The notes beneath the pieces are model-generated. The model was not told the DNA's origin. It did not search any database and was given only the letters and a program-made list of their open reading frames with translations. A stretch of DNA of 63,932 bases, the filler included, from Lama guanicoe (lineage: Eukaryota), in NCBI GenBank assembly GCA_013239625.1. It is 77 parts of 77 records of this genome, joined end to end, with 100 filler letters (N's around TTAATTAATTAA, not from the genome) between each part and the next. Parts side by side here need not be neighbours in the genome. Positions count along the whole stretch, not along the records: positions 60,067 to 61,237 come from MU057208.1; positions 61,338 to 62,050 come from MU057209.1; positions 62,151 to 62,643 come from PNXV01025747.1; positions 62,744 to 63,556 come from PNXV01025751.1; positions 63,657 to 63,932 come from MU057299.1; 72 more parts are not named here. One strand, given 5' to 3'. The translations under genes and the position numbers were made by a program. Shown here piece after piece: positions 60,067 through 63,932 of this stretch; the first letter of the stretch is position 1, and the number at the start of each line of letters is the position of its first letter.

Positions 60067-61237
60067 ATTTATTTCTCGGACTTCCCCCTAAAAGTGAACA
60101 CCTGTGACTGAAGTTTGCTGCGTTCAGTTGTCTCTCGAGCTCCCCCAAGCACAGACAATGGTACTGGAATCCTGAGTGTGGGGAGGTTCCACCAGCGGTC
60201 GGCAGCGCATGGGTTTTAACGGAATGCCTAAGCTCGTCTCCCCTGAGGGTATTCCTAATGTCTCTGTGCCAGGGAATGCTAGGGGTGTTTACAGGAAATC
60301 CCAGTGACAGAGGCTGCCTCCCCATGGTCAAGGAAGTTTTTTCTCGGACTTCCCCGAACAGGGAACACCTGTGACTGAAGAGAGCTGCGTGGAGTTGTCT
60401 CTCGAGCTCCCCCACGCACTGAAAATGGTTCCGGAATCCTGAGCGTGGGGAGGTTCCACCAACGGTCGACAGCCCGTGGGTTCTAATGGAATGCCTATGC
60501 TCGTCTCCCCAGAGGGTTTTCCTAATGTTTCTGTGCCAGGGAATGCTAGGGGGGTTTGCAGCAAATCCCAGTTACAGAGGCTGCCTCCCCATGGTCAAGG
60601 AAGTTTTTTCTCGGACTTCCCCGAACAGGGAACACCTGTGACTGAAGAGAGCTGCGTGGAGTTGTCTCTCGAGCTCCCCCACGCACTGACAATGGTTCCG
60701 GNNNNNNNNNNNNNNNNNNNNNNNNNNNNNNNNNNNNNNNNNNNNNNNNNNNNNNNNNNNNNNNNNNNNNNNNNNNNNNNNNNNNNNNNNNNNNNNNNNN
60801 NNNNNNNNNNNNNNNNNNNNNNNNNNNNNNNNNNNNNNNNNNNNNNNNNNNNNNNNNNNNNNNNNNNNNNNNNNNNNNNNNNNNNNNNNNNNNNNNNNNN
60901 NNNNNNNNNNNNNNNNNNNNNNNNNNNNNNNNNNNNNNNNNNNNNNNNNNNNNNNNNNNNNNNNNNNNNNNNNNNNNNNNNNNNNNNNNNNNNNNNNNNN
61001 NNNNNNNNNNNNNNNNNNNNNNNNNNNNNNNNNNNNNNNNNNNNNNNNNNNNNNNNNNNNNNNNNNNNNNNNNNNNNNNNNNNNNNNNNNNNNNNNNNNN
61101 NNNNNNNNNNNNNNNNNNNNNNNNNNNNNNNNNNNNNNNNNNNNNNNNNNNTCCCCATAACAAACCTGTGACTGAAGAGAGCTGTGTTGAGTTTCTCTCG
61201 AACTCCCCCACGCACAGAAAATGGTTCTGGAATTACA
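60067..61237 (+). repeat. 267-bp satellite array fragment
   Basis: AACACCTGTG at 60097, 60364, 60631 (exactly 267 bp). Confidence 0.98.
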
Positions 61238-61337
61238 NNNNNNNNNNNNNNNNNNNNNNNNNNNNNNNNNNNNNNNNNNNNTTAATTAATTAANNNNNNN
61301 NNNNNNNNNNNNNNNNNNNNNNNNNNNNNNNNNNNNN

Positions 61338-62050
61338 AGAACCTGAAAGGGCAGACAGTGGAAGATCTGCCTTTCATCAGCTTACTAGTCAGGCTCCAAG
61401 GTACTTTCAGAGTTGCCCAGTCCTGGTGAAGTCGACTTTAGGGGAGACACGAAGACAAGCTGGCCGAAAAGCTGGCTGCACGGATTGAGGAGAGATGCGA
61501 ACAGATGGATGAGAGATGTTCTGCTACAATGGAGAATACTGGCGTGGAGACAGCTGTAGAGGATACCAGGCTCAAAAGACATTCATGAGACATATTTAAC
61601 CTCGCTGATACTGGCAGAAACATACGGAGTGCCAACGTAGACTTGAGGAAGTTCCTCAATTCTCTTCTCCAAGAACGGATCCAACGTTTCTGACGTCTGA
61701 AAGAGAAGAGATGGCAGAGATGTTCAAAACGCTACTGCTCTTGGAAGTGGTCGTGAGAATCCACACGTCCCAAGGGGTATTCCCAAGCCATTCAGACCAG
61801 AATTCACCAAGCCCAGGTAAAACTTTTCCCAGGTTGGGCCTAGCTAGCAAGCACTTGCCCTTNNNNNNNNNNNNNNNNNNNNNNNNNNNNNNNNNNNNNN
61901 NNNNNNNNNNNNNNNNNNNNNNNNNNNNNNNNNNNNNAAGCCTAGAATCAGAGTTCCACCAGCTTGACAATCTGTGAACAACAGTGAACTCCTTAAAGGT
62001 GAAATAGTCTCGTCTGAAATAGATAGGAATTGAATACTTAGCTCAAACCT
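61338..62050 (+). repeat. Macro-repeat piece A
   Basis: 61803-61860 and 61941-62050 match piece B; 61941-62010 matches piece C. Confidence 0.85.
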
Positions 62051-62150
62051 NNNNNNNNNNNNNNNNNNNNNNNNNNNNNNNNNNNNNNNNNNNNTTAATT
62101 AATTAANNNNNNNNNNNNNNNNNNNNNNNNNNNNNNNNNNNNNNNNNNNN

Positions 62151-62643
62151 TTCACCAAGCCCAGGTAAGCCTTTTCCCAGGTTTGGGCCTAGCTAGCAGC
62201 ACTTGCACCTGCCTCCCCTCCACTCAGTCATCCATTTGGAAGGATCAGTACCTGAGCTGCAATGAAGCCATTACGAGAAGAGCAAGCCCCTCCTAGAATC
62301 AGAGTTCCTCCAGCTTCACACTCTGTGAACAACAGTGAACTCCTTAAAGGTCAAATAGTCTCGGCTGAAATAGAGAATACTTAGCTCACACCTAGAAACG
62401 ATGGCCTTCCGCTAGATTCAGCAAATGTGGTGTTTATGTCTTCCCTGGGGTGAAGGGAGTGTGGTAAGTGAGGGGAATCTTTGACTGAACTTGAATCTGT
62501 ATTAGGCCTCAGTTTTTCAAGACAGTATAGGTAAATAGTACAAGTGAGAAATTGAATTGTAATGTAAAAGTCACCGATGACATTAAAGACACAACTTATG
62601 TGGATCGTCTTTCACTTGCGTCAAGCCCCCGGGGGCACTATAT
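62151..62643 (+). repeat. Macro-repeat piece B
   Basis: Overlaps A and reverse complement of 22921-23034. Confidence 0.88.
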
Positions 62644-62743
62644 NNNNNNNNNNNNNNNNNNNNNNNNNNNNNNNNNNNNNNNNNNNNTTAATTAATTAAN
62701 NNNNNNNNNNNNNNNNNNNNNNNNNNNNNNNNNNNNNNNNNNN

Positions 62744-63556
62744 ACACCCCTTGAACAAAATGCCTGGATGCCTTCACTAAAACCTCTTTACCTCCAACTA
62801 TTTTCAAAAATGATGGAGGAAGGAAAATTCCCAAAGTTATTCTATGAGGCCACCATTACCCTGATAACAAAACCAGTCAAAACACTAACAAAAAAGAATG
62901 AAAATGAATATCCAATATCCTTGATTAATATACACTCAAAAATGCTTGAAATGCATCTACAAATGAATCCAGGAATACATAGAAAGGATTATACATGATG
63001 ATCACTTGGATTCCTTCCAGAGTCACTAGGATGGTTCAACATACACAAGTCAATCAGCGTGACACATATCTAACAAAGGAAGGACAAAATTCACAAGACA
63101 ATGTCAATACACAAAGAAAAAGCATTTGACAAAATTCAACATACATTCATCATCAGAAATCTCATGAAATTGAGTACAATGGGAACATCTCTCAACATAC
63201 TAAAGGCCATTTATAATAATTTATAATACTCAGGGTAAAAGCTGGAAGCCTTCTGGGTAAATTCGGGAACAGGACAAGGATTCCTACTCTCAGCACTTGT
63301 GTTCAATAGTAATAGAAGAAAAAAGAAAAAGAAAGTAAAAGAAATGCAAAATGGAAAGAAAGAGGCAAAATTGTCACCAGTACTGATGGTATAACAATCT
63401 ACATAGAGAGTCCTTAGGGCTCCACACTGACTATTATGAACAATAAAAAATTTCATCATGGGAGCAGGGTAAAAGTTTAATGTAAAGTAGTCTCTTGCAT
63501 TTCAACGTATTAAACATGAGATACCATATAATGGACCTTGAAAGCAATAATATTTA
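62744..63556 (+). mobile_element. Degraded LINE-1 ORF2, reverse transcriptase region
   Basis: KLFYEATITLITKP..YPISLINI; AAAAGCATTTGACAAAATTCAACA; GGAACAGGACAAGGATTCCTACTCTC. Confidence 0.93.
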
Positions 63557-63932
63557 NNNNNNNNNNNNNNNNNNNNNNNNNNNNNNNNNNNNNNNNNNNN
63601 TTAATTAATTAANNNNNNNNNNNNNNNNNNNNNNNNNNNNNNNNNNNNNNNNNNNNCATTAGGAACCTCTCCTCAGTGCAGCCCCTCGCACAACACTGAC
63701 AAGATACAACAGCCATTGGGGATGGCAGTTACCGGTTGGATTCCAGGCGGAATGTTGGTGTGTACCGCGAGGCTTGTTGTGGCTGTTGGATCCTAGGACA
63801 CCGGGCAGAGTTCTATGGGTGGATCAGTGTGATGGAGGGGCTGCCGCCCTCTGTGGAGCTTGGCTTAGTTGTTTGGTCCGGGAAGCTGTGTAAGTTCGAG
63901 ATACTGCTGCTGCCCAAAGACCTGAGTTCACA

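Noticed and set aside
60343..60359. CENP-B box in the 267-bp satellite (minus TTCGGGGAAGTCCGA)
   Set aside because: Only 7 of 9 essential bases match (CCGA instead of CGGG), and not in all monomers
11297..61215. Long ORFs made mostly of X (e.g. 22009-23019, 38953-40089, 60476-61171)
   Set aside because: Read-through of N gaps; no coding evidence
63657..63932. GC-rich final contig as a coding exon
   Set aside because: Stops in all three minus frames checked, no ORF in the track, no recognised protein

Overview
This window is not contiguous genomic DNA. It is a concatenation of about 77 tiny unplaced contigs/scaffolds (0.1-1.3 kb) from a mammalian assembly. They are joined by about 76 identical synthetic 100-bp spacers (44 N + TTAATTAATTAA + 44 N, stop codons in all six frames), so adjacency across spacers means nothing and most long ORFs in the track are N-run artefacts. 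The repeat content (cetartiodactyl-type L1 3' ends, MIR/L2/MER44, no recognisable ruminant or pig SINEs, a 267-bp GC-rich satellite) suggests a camelid; this is inference. The pieces are enriched for heterochromatic and multicopy DNA: a 267-bp satellite, a divergent multimeric sister family, a ~249-bp satellite, a heptamer (TTCnnnn) satellite with a 189-bp higher-order repeat, and 16-bp and 40-bp minisatellites. Nine contigs tile into one previously unlabelled >=3.5-kb multicopy macro-repeat carrying an L1 ORF1 relic and splice-site-bounded exon candidates. Gene fragments recognised: two exons of a divergent MIA3/TANGO1-like paralogue, an IGLV pseudogene, an olfactory receptor with a 6-bp duplication next to the DRY motif, the 3' end of an HSFY copy with a 5-bp frameshift, and CASS4 SH3 exon 2 with a 1-bp deletion. 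No prokaryotic-type systems, CRISPR arrays, or rRNA/tRNA genes were seen.
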